64,000 nucleotides of DNA from Octopus vulgaris (Eukaryota): assembly GCA_951406725.2 (NCBI GenBank), contig OX597814.1, positions 2,914,001 to 2,978,000 on the forward strand, read 5' to 3'. The notes below the pieces were generated by a model, which was not told the DNA's origin, searched no databases, and was given only the letters and a program-made list of their open reading frames with translations. Shown piece after piece: positions 1 to 12,716 of the stretch. Both the position numbers and the translations under genes were made by a program. Every line of letters starts with the position of its first letter. Position 1 is the stretch's first letter.

Positions 1-195
1 CGTTTCTGGTGCTGATAATATGAAACTGAGCTCTCTCTTGTGTATGACTCAGAAAATACAAGAACTTTCTAAATTCAGATAAGAAACTTGGGTGATGACC
101 AGTTTTCTCCAAGAAGGGTTTATGAACTTGCTTTATCCAGCATCACTCTTTTTAAGGCACCAAGCAATTTTAGAAAACTTTAATATCAATATGAT

Positions 196-584
196 GTGGT
201 GGAAGCACTCCGTCGGTTACGACGACGAGGGTTCCGGTTGATCCGAATCAACGGAACAGCCTGCTCGTGAAATTAACGTGTAAGTGGCTGAGCACTCCAC
301 AGACACGTGTACCCTTAACGTAGTTCTCGGGGATATTCAGCGTGACACAGAGAGTGACAAGGCCGGCCCTTTGAAATACAGGTAGAACAGAAACAGGAAG
401 TAAGAGTGAGGGAAATTTGTGGTGAAAGAGTACAGCAGGGATCACCACCATCCCCTGCCGGAGCCTCGTAGAGCTTTAGGTGTTTTCGCTCAATAAACAC
501 TCACAACGCCCGGTCTGGGAATCGAAACCGCGATCCTATGACCGCGAGTCCGCTGCCCTAACCACTGGGCCATTGCACCTCCAC
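196..584 (-). mobile_element. tRNA-derived SINE, family A, full-length
   Basis: Reverse strand reads GTGGAGGTGCAATGGCCCAGTGGTTAGGGCAGCGG (box A) ... GGTTTCGATTCC (box B). Flanked by the 11-bp target-site duplication ATCAATATGAT (185-195, 585-595). Near-identical to copies at 7394 and 51622. Confidence 0.9.
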
Positions 585-601
585 ATCAATATGATAGTAG
601 T

Positions 602-790
602 ATGTTAGGCAGAATCGTTCGTACACCGAGCAAAATGCTTCTCGTTCGTCTTTACATTCTGGGTTCAAATTCCGCGAAGGTTTTCTATGCCTTTCATTTT
701 CCCGGGATCGTTAAAATAAATTCCAGTCGAGCACTAGGATCGATTATACCCCTTCCTCGAAATTGCTGTCCTAATACCAAAATTTGAAAC
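602..790 (+). mobile_element. Diverged SINE family C copy
   Basis: GGCAGAATCGTT...TTCTGGGTTCAAATTCCGC...GCCTTTCATTTTCCCGGGATCG matches the family C consensus. Confidence 0.6.
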
Positions 791-1066
791 CAATGACAGT
801 AGCATAAAATCCAGAAGTTATTATCGCTCTTCAAGGCTGGATTCTAAGAAGTTCAAACCACATGAAAGTATCCAATTTGTTTGAATTTATTAGATAATGA
901 TTTGTTTGATTTTCATGCAGCAAATTTTGAATATTGCTTGTCTGCAAAATATAAAATTCACAACAAGAATCATTTTGTTTAACTCCTAAACCACATTTCT
1001 GAAAAGCTTTTCAAAGACATCTTTACACTCACACATGTACATACACGCATAAATACACACACACAC

Positions 1067-1124
<58 letters not shown>

Positions 1125-1129
1125 GCGCA

Positions 1130-1375
1130 CAGGGAGTGCAAAAATAAGTATACAGTTATGGAAAAATATATATATGTTCAAAACTCGTATATTTTTATCA
1201 AAAAAATTAAAAGTCAGAATAAAAGTATTTTTATAAATTATGATAAATATATTATTCGGATAAATGACACGGAAAATATATAAAATGAGGCTAACTTTAA
1301 ATTTCTTTGATAAAAACTGACTATTGTAGTTTTCTATTTTTCACAACTGTATACCTACTTTTGCACCCGGTCCTG
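1130..1375. mobile_element. Tc1/mariner-type MITE
   Basis: Imperfect TIRs CAGGGAGTGCAAAAATAAGTATACAGTT / AACTGTATACCTACTTTTGCACCCGGTCCTG, followed by TA. AT-rich interior with no ORF. Confidence 0.6.
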
Positions 1376-1384
1376 TATATGCGT

Positions 1385-1600
1385 GCTCCTTAGTGGTTAG
1401 GGTGTGGGTCGCATGATCATAAAATTGTGGTTTCGATTCCCCGACATGGTGATGCGTTGTGTTCTTGAGCAAAATATTTTATTTTTCCCGTTGCTCCAGT
1501 CCACTCAGCTGGCAAAAATGACCAATGCTACGACAGACCGGCGTCTTTCCCAGAGGAGCTAATTATATATACGCCACGAAAACCAGGAAACTGACCCTTA
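1385..1600 (+). mobile_element. Old tRNA-derived SINE related to family A
   Basis: TAGTGGTTAGGG...GTGGTTTCGATTCC box A/B head; degraded body. Confidence 0.55.
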
Positions 1601-1847
1601 TTAGTGTTGTATTCTTTAAATATCGTTTTGTTATGATGCACACTTTGGTACAGCAGTATAATTAGTAAGACCAGTAAAGACCACGACAATCTATAACCGA
1701 CTACTAGTCCTCTCTCCTTTTACAGACCGATGCGTCCCTATTTATAGCGACTAGCACATACCACTCATCACGTGGGAATGGTGTACTATTATTTCTATTA
1801 TCCCCACAGCAATAAGATCATAGGCCACGAGAAGGATACATTATCCT

Positions 1848-1894
<47 letters not shown>

Positions 1895-1906
<12 letters not shown>

Positions 1907-2387
1907 AAACTCTAGTTGTGTGAGTGTCTGTCCCCTTCGATTTAGATTCCTAACTCCTCCCACATTTTGCGGTATCTTATAGTCGTGATTCATATCGAGC
2001 CCGTCTGACTATTAGCGCGCGTCAACGATGAGTCTACGATTTTAAAAATAATTTAACATCATTTTTTATTCCATTTTAATGCATAAAATGCATCGTGTGT
2101 CGATGGCGGCGGAGTTGGCGGAGTTGGCGTCCACGCTCACAGCTGCACCTGTTTGCTTCTCCCCTTCCCTCCCTCGTGAAGCTGTGGGGAAGGGAGTGTA
2201 AAGAAATCAACGTCGTAATGCGTTCTGAAGGAAACCAGCGTTCTTTTAGAACAACGACTTCATGGCATTAAGACACCAAAACAAAAATGGCTAAGAAAGC
2301 CCGAATTTATAAGGGAAGTAACTCTCTAAAAATGCTTATATAGTTATTTCCCTTACAAACCCGAGCAACGCCGGGCGATACTGCTAG
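1895..2387 (+). mobile_element. Non-autonomous Helitron, copy 1
   Basis: Ends in the subterminal hairpin CCCGAGCAACGCCGGG followed by CTAG|T. TATATATAAAA-type 5' start. Shares both ends with 31508-31901. Confidence 0.7.
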
Positions 2388-2395
2388 TATATATA

Positions 2396-2536
2396 TATAT
2401 ATTAATCAAAATAAAAACATGATGCCAAGGATTCAGCGTTACATATGTTTCGGGCCTTTATTAGACCTTCTAATAAAGGCCCGAAACATATGTACCGCTG
2501 AATCCATGCCATCATGTTTTTATTTTGATTAATATA
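2396..2536. repeat. Long inverted repeat (about 70-bp arms) of a Penelope-like terminus
   Basis: TATATTAATCAAAATAAAAACATGATG...CATATGTTTCGGGCCTTTATTAGA-CCT-TCTAATAAAGGCCCGAAACATATG...CATCATGTTTTTATTTTGATTAATATA. Confidence 0.8.
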
Positions 2537-2600
2537 CTCTATCACCTACACCACTAAATGGTATATACAGGTGCTTACAATTATCAAGTATTCACCCTGA

Positions 2601-2662
<62 letters not shown>

Positions 2663-2754
2663 GAGTGTATTTTTAACTTGTTAACAATTAACACGGAAAC
2701 ATGTGTCGAAAGTAAAAATACTTGTTTAAACCTGCGTTAACTCCATTTTTTTTA

Positions 2755-2819
<65 letters not shown>

Positions 2820-2858
2820 GTGTGTGTGTGGTGGGATTCGGGTTTGGTGCTTATGTGT

Positions 2859-2914
<56 letters not shown>

Positions 2915-3269
2915 TTGTATGTATATATATATATATATATGTCATCTTTTATTAGACAAGATTTCCAGTAGATGTTAGGCAAGGGCCCAGAGTTTTCTGC
3001 CAAAATAAATTCTGGGTCCCTGGACGAAAAATTTATCAAAACTTAATAAGCGCATTGACACTCGACACTAGACAATGCTAGCTGTTGAAATTTATATACT
3101 CGGCATTATATATACACCTCTGTTTCTTCTTTGAGTAAAATCAAGCGTATACATCTCAACACATGCACAAATACATACAAGCACGCACACACACACACTT
3201 AAACACACACACATCCAAAATACATATATACATGCCTATATAACACATGTGCACAGAAAATGCATAAAA

Positions 3270-3592
3270 CTGGTACCCCATCGGTTACGACGATGAGTAT
3301 TCCAATTGATCCGATCAAGGGAACAGCCTGCTCGTGGAATTAGCGTACAAGTGGCTGAGCACTCCACAGACACATGACCCCTTAACGTAGTTCTTAGGGA
3401 TATTCAGCGTAACACAGAATATGACATGGCCAACCCTTTGACATATAGATACAACTCATTTTTGCCAGTTAGGTGGAGTAGAGCAACGTGAAATAAAGTG
3501 TCTTGCCCAAGAACGCAACGTACCACCGTGAATCGAACTCATGATCTCATTAGCATGGGTTATAAACCCTAACCACTAAGCCACGTGCCTCC
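3270..3592 (-). mobile_element. Diverged SINE related to family A
   Basis: Shares the family A 3' region (GGTTACGACGATGAG...GAACAGCCTGCTCGTG...GTGGCTGAGCACTCCACAGACAC) and a tRNA-like head. Confidence 0.75.
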
Positions 3593-3749
3593 ACTACATT
3601 ATTTCATAAAATTGGCTGTGCAGCCTTACAAAGATGTAGCTACGGGCTCGACAAAGTCACAATGATAATGGAATGAAAAAAAATGGCTGGTGGGAGAAGC
3701 AGACAACACCCACCGATTGATGCTTCTTAAAAACATTGTCTCCTCTACA

Positions 3750-3790
3750 TAAATACATACATACACACATACGTACATACATACATACAT

Positions 3791-3821
<31 letters not shown>

Positions 3822-4473
3822 TACATGCATACACGCACGCACACACATACATACATACATACAAACACACATACATACATGCATGCATGCATGCATACAT
3901 ACATACATACATATATACATACATAGATGCATGCATACACACATACATACATACATACATACATACATGCATACATGCACGCATGCATGCATACATACAT
4001 AGATACATACATACATACATACACACATACATACATACATGCATACATACATGCATACATACATACATATATGCATGCATACATACATACATGCATACAT
4101 ACATACATACATACGTACGTACATACATACATACATACATACATACATACATACATGCATGCATGCATACATACATACATACATACATATATACATACAT
4201 ACCCACACATACATACATACACACATACATACATACATGTATTCATACATACATACACACACACATACATACATGCATACATGCATGCATGCATATATAC
4301 ATACATACATACATACATACGTACATACATACATACATACATACGTACATACATACATACATATATACATACACACATACATACATACATGCATACATAC
4401 ATACATACGTACGTACATACATACATACATACATACATACATACATGCATGCATGCATGCATACATATATACA

Positions 4474-4506
<33 letters not shown>

Positions 4507-4538
4507 GCATACATACAAACATACACACATAACATACA

Positions 4539-4574
<36 letters not shown>

Positions 4575-4734
4575 TACATACATACATACATACATGCATG
4601 CATGCATACATACATACATACATACATACGTACATACATACATACATACATACATACATACGTACATACATACATATATACATACACACATACATACATA
4701 CATACATACATACATACATACATACATACATACA

Positions 4735-4770
<36 letters not shown>

Positions 4771-4990
4771 TACATACATACATACATACATACATGCATG
4801 CATGCATACATACATACATACATACATACATACATACATACATACATACATACATACGTACATACATACATATATACATACACACATACATACATACATA
4901 AATACATACATACATGCATACATACATACATACATACATACATACATACATACATACGTATATGCATACATGCATACATACATACATACA
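3750..4990. repeat. (CATA)n microsatellite array with CATG/CGTA/CACA variants
   Basis: Directly visible; the source of the spurious MYVC/HTYI ORFs. Confidence 0.95.
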
Positions 4991-5524
4991 ATTAGCTGCT
5001 TTGCGGATGTTAAAGTAAAGCTGGAGATCAATGAAAAAGAGAACTCCTATACTGAACTATTGAGAAATCTGCAGTTTACTCTATCCAGATTACAAGTTCA
5101 GGTTTATACCTGTAATTATTGGGGAGGGAGCTGAGATATGTAACACACTGCCTAAATACCAATCTTGAGAAATTAGGCTTCTCAAAACCAGAGAAGAGAA
5201 AGCTAATTCGAAGACTACTGTTCCAATCTATCACTGGAACTGTAAAAATCTGTAAAACCTTCCAGAATTTTGTCATTTAAATATATATGAGCATGTCAAG
5301 ATATGTAACTATATGCATGAGAATACATACATGAAACAAAACATACAAATTTGTATACATACATACACACATATATACATGCATAATACATACATACATA
5401 CATAATACATACATGCAAATATCCCCTGTTGTTGATGTTGAAATTTCAATGAAAGAGACTTGGATCTAGGTTAGAAACCAGCTTTTTCTCTAGCGGCAAG
5501 AAATCTTGAAATAAAGCTGAATGA
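4991..5524 (+). mobile_element. 5'-truncated RLE-type non-LTR retrotransposon 3' end within (CATA)n
   Basis: Encodes ISCFADVKVKLEINEKENSY..LYPDYKFRFIPVIIG..LEKLGFSK..SITGTVKICKTF, resembling an RLE C-terminus. The 3' UTR ends AATAAAGCTGAATGA, then CATA repeats. Homologous to 32622-33060. Confidence 0.7.
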
Positions 5525-5694
5525 CATACATACATGCATACATCCATGTGATGGCCGTCCACTCGTGACCTTTACTGACCTTTTGGAACATTGTGCGTTC
5601 AAGGCTACCTTATACTTATACTTACGGCTCCGTTGGTGACTAACAAGCACTGCTCTTGACAAACATATACGACTGCAAACATTGGAGACCAATA

Positions 5695-5820
5695 TACATA
5701 CATACATACATACATACATTCATACATACATACATACATACATACATACATACATACATACATACATACATACATACATACATACATACATAATGCATAC
5801 ATGCTTTCAAGCATACATAC
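5695..5820. repeat. (CATA)n microsatellite
   Basis: Visible tetranucleotide repeat. Confidence 0.9.
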
Positions 5821-5851
5821 GTGCACACGTTCGTATGTCTATGCATATATA

Positions 5852-5934
<83 letters not shown>

Positions 5935-6099
5935 CCGTGTAACGTGTTAGATGACGACGGAGATATTTGAAATGACGCTAACATACCCGACTTACGAATA
6001 CTTAATCACCTCAACAGATCTGCAACACACAACAAATGAAAGAATGATTAGAAACTAATATTACTGATGCTATAAATTAATAATTTAAACAGAACTAAA

Positions 6100-6500
6100 T
6101 GCAAAAGTTAAGGTAAATATTAATAAATAATCTCAGCAGCTACTATACTCTGTTATAGTTTAGAGTATTTTCTCAACTGGACGCCAGGTGATTTAGCAAA
6201 GCGAGACAAGAATATAAGGAACATAATGACTACATTTAGAATAGAACATTGAAAACACGGAGAGAATGGAATTAGATTTATTAGGAAAACAAGATAGGAA
6301 TCACCGGTGACTAAAACATTAATATCTATAAATATAGGAAATGGAAGTTTTTTGAGTAAATTGGAAATGAATTCAGGAAACATTCGGCATTGAGTGAGAA
6401 GCACAAGATACAAAGCAGACATTGATATGTGGCTGGTTTTTGGTACGAGATCCAAACTGTTCTTACAAGAAAACCAATTGAGGGAGGCAGTGGGGCGGGG
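6100..6500 (+). pseudogene. Degraded R4-like retrotransposon ORF fragment
   Basis: LNWTPGDLAKRDKNIRNIMTTFRIEH resembles ILNWTRNELTKIDRKTRKIMTGSRMHH of the element at 36855-38452; contains stops. Confidence 0.4.
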
Positions 6501-6595
6501 GGAAGAATACAAAACTAAATATAGAATTTGATGTGGAAATTCTAAAGAAGCAGTTGTTTATGTTTTTAGTTGCTACATCTTAGTCAGAAGAATAT

Positions 6596-7020
6596 ACTCT
6601 TTACTCTTTACTCTTTACTCTTTACTCTTTTACTTGTTTCAGTCATTTGACTGCGGCCATGCTGGAGCACCGCCTTTAGTCGAGCAAATCGACCCCGGGA
6701 CTTATTCTTTTGTAAGCCCAGTACTTATTCTATCGGTCTCTTTTGCCGAACCGCTAAGTGACGGGGACGTAAACATACCAGCATCGGTTGTGAAGCAATG
6801 CTAGGGGGACAAACACAGACACACAAACACACACACATATATGTATATACATATATACGACAGGCTTCTTTCAGTTTCCGTCTACCAATTCCACTCACAA
6901 GGCATTGGTCGGCCCGGGGCTATAGCAGAAGACACTTGCCCAAGATGCCACGCAGTGGGACTGAACCCGCAACCATGTGGTTGGTTAGCAAGCTACTTAC
7001 CACACAGCCACTCCTGCACC
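6596..7020 (-). mobile_element. tRNA-derived SINE, family B (CORE-like motif), full-length
   Basis: Head GGTGCAGGAGTGGCTGTGTGGTAAG...GGGTTCAGTCCC, CORE-like CTTGGGCAAGTGTCTT, internal (TA/TG)n, (GTAAAAGA)n tail. Confidence 0.9.
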
Positions 7021-7393
7021 TATATATATATATATATATATGTATATATTTTTTTTCTGAAAAAAAGATGCCCTGCAGTATTTCTTCCGGTTCTTACCGT
7101 TTTAATTTCCAAACCTGGTGCTCAGCTTTGTCTTTCATCCCTTCGTGCGGGTGGATGGGTGGGGGGCGATCAAATGAAGTACCATTCGAGAAGTGGCGTA
7201 AAATATATTGACTCTCTGCACAAAACAAACGGATTATCTGGAAGATCAGTAAACCGGCCTCAATCTCGCAAATCCTCAACCAATCGCTTAAACTTCTTGT
7301 CATAAATCCTAAGGTTCCGCTTACAAATGGGACAATGGTAGCTTAACGGCAATTCCAGATTCTTTGTGCAACATATTCGTTACTTAGTATGGA

Positions 7394-7764
7394 GTGGAGG
7401 CGCAATGGCCCAGTGGTTAGGGCAGTGGACTCGCGGTCGTAGGATCGCGGTTTCGATTCACAGACCGGGCGTTGTGAGTATTTATTGAGCGAAAACACCT
7501 AAAGCTCCACGAGGCTCCGGCAGGGATGGTGGTGATCCCTGCTGTACTCTTTCACCACAACTTTATCTCACCCTTTTTTCCTGTTTCTGTTGTACCTGTA
7601 ATTCAACGGGCAAGCCTTGTCACTCTCTGTGTCACGCTGAATATCCCCGAGAACTACGTTAAGGGTAAACGTGTCTGTGGAGTGCTCAGCCACTTACACG
7701 TTAATTTCACGAGCAGGCTGTTCCGTTGATCGGATCAACCGTAACCGACGGAGTGCTTCCATCC
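7394..7764 (+). mobile_element. SINE family A, full-length
   Basis: Box A/B head GTGGAGGCGCAATGGCCCAGTGG...GTTTCGATTCAC; imperfect TSD ACTTAGTATGGA / ACTAAGTATGGA. Confidence 0.9.
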
Positions 7765-8208
7765 ACTAAGTATGGAATACAACGTTATCCGGAAGTGAAT
7801 AATGTATATCTGTATCCGTTTGAATATTCCTATCCCAGAATGCCTTTACCTGGTCGTTTACCTGCAGCGGGTTATTTATGACTGGCCTCAATGTGAGTCC
7901 GTCGATGGAATAGTCACAATGTAATCGCACAAAATAGAAGAAATAGCAACCAGGTTTTTTATATTACAAATTTCCGAGATTTTTTCAATATAGCATACAA
8001 AACAGGAGATGGACATGGGTGGAAATGCCATTGAGTAGAGAAGAATAGCGACAACAGCATTGAGCCCTTCCGAATGCCACACTTCTTTCTGGCCATATTT
8101 TCATGTGTTTATATCTATCTTTATATATGTGTGTGGGCGTGTATAAACCTGGAACCATGTATTTACGAAGCAAACCTCTGACCACAAAGCCACAGAATAC
8201 AGTCAGTA

Positions 8209-8239
<31 letters not shown>

Positions 8240-8240
8240 T

Positions 8241-8298
<58 letters not shown>

Positions 8299-8400
8299 AA
8301 TGTTTAAGTAGTTGAATGAATTAACCTAGTATGGATAATTCTATGGACTCCGTGTGGGCAGTCATCTAAAAGTTTTTGTTCGTCATGATGCTGACATAAG

Positions 8401-8499
8401 TTCCTTGTCTTTCCTGATGAGAAGACGGCATAATGCACCCTTTATTCCTTCGGAATTAAGAATATGCAGTCTTCGAAACATATGTCGAGAATAAAGGAA
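8401..8499 (+). ncRNA. Type I hammerhead ribozyme motif (Penelope-like terminus)
   Basis: Canonical core: CTGATGA (8414-8420), stem II GAAGAC/GTCTTC, GAAA, palindromic stem III CATATG, GTC cleavage triplet. Stem I is TTCCTTGTCTTTC/GAGAATAAAGGAA. Confidence 0.7.
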
Positions 8500-8576
8500 T
8501 TTTGTTAAATGGTCGTTCGACTCCATTCTCTCATTTATCTATCTATATATATATATATATATATAGTATTTATACT

Positions 8577-8936
8577 GTGGATGCGCCATGGTCTAGTGTT
8601 AGGCAGCGGACTCGCGATCGTAGGGTCATGTTGTGAGCATTTATTTAGCAAAAACACCTAAGGCTCCAAGGGCCTCCGGCAGGGGGTGATAGCGAACCCT
8701 GCTGTACTCTTTCACCGCAACTTTCTCTCACTCTTTCTCCCTGTTTCTCTTGTACCTGTATTTCAAAGGGGCCAAACTTGTCACACCTTGTGTCACGCTG
8801 AATCTCCCCTGAGAACTACGTTAAGGGTACACGTGTCTGTGGAGTGCGCAGCCACTTGCACGTTAATTTCATTGCCAGGCTGTTCCGTTGATCGGATCAA
8901 CTGGAACCCTCGTCGTCGTAACCGACGGAGTGCCAC
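8577..8936 (+). mobile_element. SINE family A, diverged with internal deletion
   Basis: Aligns by eye to 7394-7764. Confidence 0.85.
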
Positions 8937-8982
8937 GAGTATTTATATTAATGAACTTATATAACTACTATATATATGTATG

Positions 8983-9047
<65 letters not shown>

Positions 9048-9049
9048 GC

Positions 9050-9349
9050 GTGGAGGCGCAACGGCCCAGTGGTTAGGGTAGCGGACTCGCGGTCGTAGGA
9101 TCGCGATTTCGATTCCCAGACAGGGTGTTGTGAGTGTTTATTGAGCGAAAATACCTAAAAGTTCCGCGAGGCTCCGGCAGGGGGGTGGTGATCCCTGTTG
9201 AACTCTTTCACCACTCTTTCTCCCACTGTTTCTTCTGTTGGCCTGCTCGCTTAGCCAGCGTGGTGGTGTCATTCGAAGGCTAAAACAATGCGAACGCATT
9301 GTGACCAGCGATGTATAACTGCATCTGATCGACTGGTCGGTCACGTGAT

Positions 9350-9352
<3 letters not shown>
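9050..9352 (+). mobile_element. SINE with family A head and a different 3' tail
   Basis: About the first 190 bp match family A; it then switches to GGCCTGCTCGCTTAGCCAGCG...GCATTGTGACCAGCGATG...GGTCACGTGATCACGTG. Confidence 0.75.
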
Positions 9353-9409
<57 letters not shown>

Positions 9410-9619
9410 GTATGTGTGTATGTATGTATGTATGTATGTATGTATGTACGTGTGTTCTATATGTCAGCGTATATATGTTTAAACATATATATATTTATAA
9501 ATATATATGCGTTTGTGTTGAAGTGTGCGTGTATGTGTGTAAGTGTACGTGTGTGCGAGTGTGTGTGTCTGCTTTTGCTACCAGAGCCGTGACACCAAAT
9601 ACACACACACAAATATATA

Positions 9620-9682
<63 letters not shown>

Positions 9683-10002
9683 TCCATCCCCACCTCCAAG
9701 CACTTAATCTGTAAGAAAAGTTTTGAGTCCCCTAACTTGTCCTGTCCCCATATCATGTAGAGTTGTTCAAGGAAGCTCGCCTTCTTCGACGGCAACATTT
9801 GGTAAGGAAATTGCTTCAGTCGGGAGCGTAATAAATTTGATACCCAAGACCAGGGTTCAACTCTCAGTGGTTCATCAATCTATGTCCATTATTCCACACC
9901 TGTCACTATCCCGTCGATAAAAATTTTCCCAAGACACAGAAAGCCGACGTCAGCCGTATTAATATATCTGTAACGAGATACGGCAACATATGTGATACTT
10001 CA

Positions 10003-10060
<58 letters not shown>

Positions 10061-10205
10061 TACACACATACGCACACACACACATTCATATACATATATA
10101 AACACGGATATATATATATATGTATGTGTATATATATATATATATATATCATACACACACACAAACACATTCATATACATATATAAACACGGATATATAT
10201 GTATG

Positions 10206-10237
<32 letters not shown>

Positions 10238-10247
10238 CATACGTATG

Positions 10248-10339
<92 letters not shown>

Positions 10340-10668
10340 TATAAATATCTACATACATATGTGTATATATATATAAATATGCATCTAATTAAACACACGA
10401 ACATACACACACACACACACACACATATATATCTTTATTTTAGCCACATGTTTCAATGTATCATACGGGGCTGTCTGCCGACACATGTATTCTTTTCGTT
10501 AATAACCCGCAGTACTTTGTCATACTCGGAGCTGTGGGTAAGCATTTTGATATATTTCTATTCCCCAAGGGGCCCAAAACCTACAGCTTGTGATTTCAGT
10601 AAATTCACACGCATACGCAAACACATTAATATAAATATACGTAACCATGAGAATATATAAGTATATTC

Positions 10669-10716
<48 letters not shown>

Positions 10717-10804
10717 GGGCATAAATATATATAGAAATTTAAAGAGTGTCACATCGGGGTACAAAACAATCACAAGCGGATACACGTTGTGTGTAAATAG
10801 ATAT

Positions 10805-11222
10805 GCGCAGGAGTGGCTGTGTGGTAAGTAGCTTGCTAACCAACCACATGGTTCCGGGTTCAGTCCCACTGCGTGGCATCTTGGGCAAGTGTCTTCTGCT
10901 ATAGCCCCGGGCCGACCAAAGCCTTGTGAGTGGATTTGGTAGACGGAAACTGAAAGAAGCCTGTCGTATATATGTATATATATATATGTATATGTGTGTG
11001 TGTTTGTGTGTCTGTGTTTGTTCCCCTAGCCTTGCTTGACAACCGATGCTGGTGTGTTTACGTCCCCGTCACTTAGCGGTTCGGCAAAAAGAGACCGATA
11101 GAATAAGTACTGGGGCTTACAAAGAATAAGTCCCGGGGTAGATTTGCTCGACTAAAAGCGATGCTCCAGAATGGCCGCAGTCAAATGACTGAAACAAGTA
11201 AAAGAGTAAAAGAGTAAAGAGA
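10805..11222 (+). mobile_element. SINE family B, full-length
   Basis: GCGCAGGAGTGGCTGTGTGG head through the (GTAAAAGA)n tail. Confidence 0.9.
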
Positions 11223-11307
11223 GGTATGTATTAAGATGTGTTGGGCGTAAATAAACTGTTGCCATCGTGAATATTAATAATGGAAACATAACAAAGGCTC
11301 AATATAA

Positions 11308-11351
<44 letters not shown>

Positions 11352-11577
11352 AAGCCTGTGCTTGTATGTGTTTTTTCCTGCGCATGTCCTTCTGTCCTAC
11401 ATACGCATACAAACACACACACACACACACACACATATACAGATATTATAAATCATTATATATATATCATATACGTATAAATGCACTTGTCTATAAATAC
11501 ATTTACGTGTATATATATATATAATATTATCATTGTATATATTTATACGGATATGCATGTATGTCTATATATATATA

Positions 11578-11627
<50 letters not shown>

Positions 11628-11804
11628 AGTGTGCGTGTGTGTGTGTGTGTGTACGTATATGAGCTCCCCTGGTGGGACAATAATAAAACTTCTAACTTAT
11701 ATTTCCGCCAACAAACATCTTAATATGTCACATATGAGGTAGTTGGTGATGAGTGTATATGTATAGATAGATAGATAGATACATACATACATACATATAT
11801 ACAT

Positions 11805-11970
11805 ACACGACGAGCTTCTTTCAATTTCCGTCTACCAAATCCACTCACACGGCTTTGGTCAGCCTAAGGCTGTAGTAGAAGACACCTGCCCAAGGTACCA
11901 CGCAGTGGGACTGAACCGAGAAATATGTGGTTGGGCTGCAGGTTTCTTACCACACGGCCACGCCTGCGCC
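11805..11970 (-). mobile_element. SINE family B, 5' half
   Basis: Matches the head and CORE-like region of family B. Confidence 0.75.
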
Positions 11971-11980
11971 TACATACACG

Positions 11981-12035
<55 letters not shown>

Positions 12036-12340
12036 TAGTTTTGGAATATATGATGGTACATACATACGTACACACATACACCTATACACATACACTCACG
12101 CATACCGGCATACATATAAGCCCACAACATACACGCACACATGTACACAAGCAAATATACTAACATAACTAACCACCTGACTGTGACGGTATCGATATAT
12201 TGAACCAATGAAATCCATATCACCAATAGAAGTCCTTCTCCGTTGTCCGTGTTGAGTCTCACCAACAATCAATGCTGTGGTTTGGTGGTTTTAATCGTCG
12301 ATTAATCTCACTAAATAATACATAACTACATACATATAGA

Positions 12341-12374
<34 letters not shown>

Positions 12375-12542
12375 TGTTTTTGTGTCTATGTATGTATGTG
12401 CATGCATCCATCTCTGTATGTATATAGGTAGGTGCATGTATACATATATATATATATATATATACATATGTATATATATATATACATATGTATACATATA
12501 TATATTTATGTACACATACACACGTACATATGTTATATACAC

Positions 12543-12578
<36 letters not shown>

Positions 12579-12716
12579 AGAGAGAGAGAGAGTCAACAAG
12601 AAAAGGTTGCAAAACGCAACGAAAATTCTAGAAAAATAAATGAGTGGAAATTTTACCGGTGCGTGTGTCAAATAATAAGGTACTAAAAGAGAATGACTCT
12701 CCCCAGACGCAACAGT

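Noticed and set aside
248-500. Recurrent short ORFs such as MVVIPAVLFHH, ASFSFRLP..WLVSKLLTTQP and MRNWYLFNRP
   Set aside because: Incidental translations of SINE families A, B and C, not a gene family.
3626-5134. Long MYVC/HTYI-repeat ORFs up to 453 aa (also at 12291-13363 and elsewhere)
   Set aside because: Translations of (CATA)n/(TATG)n microsatellites that lack stop codons; open in most frames and on both strands.
7394-7470. tRNA-like sequence with box A and box B
   Set aside because: It is a SINE head continuing into a repeat body with TSDs, not a tRNA gene.
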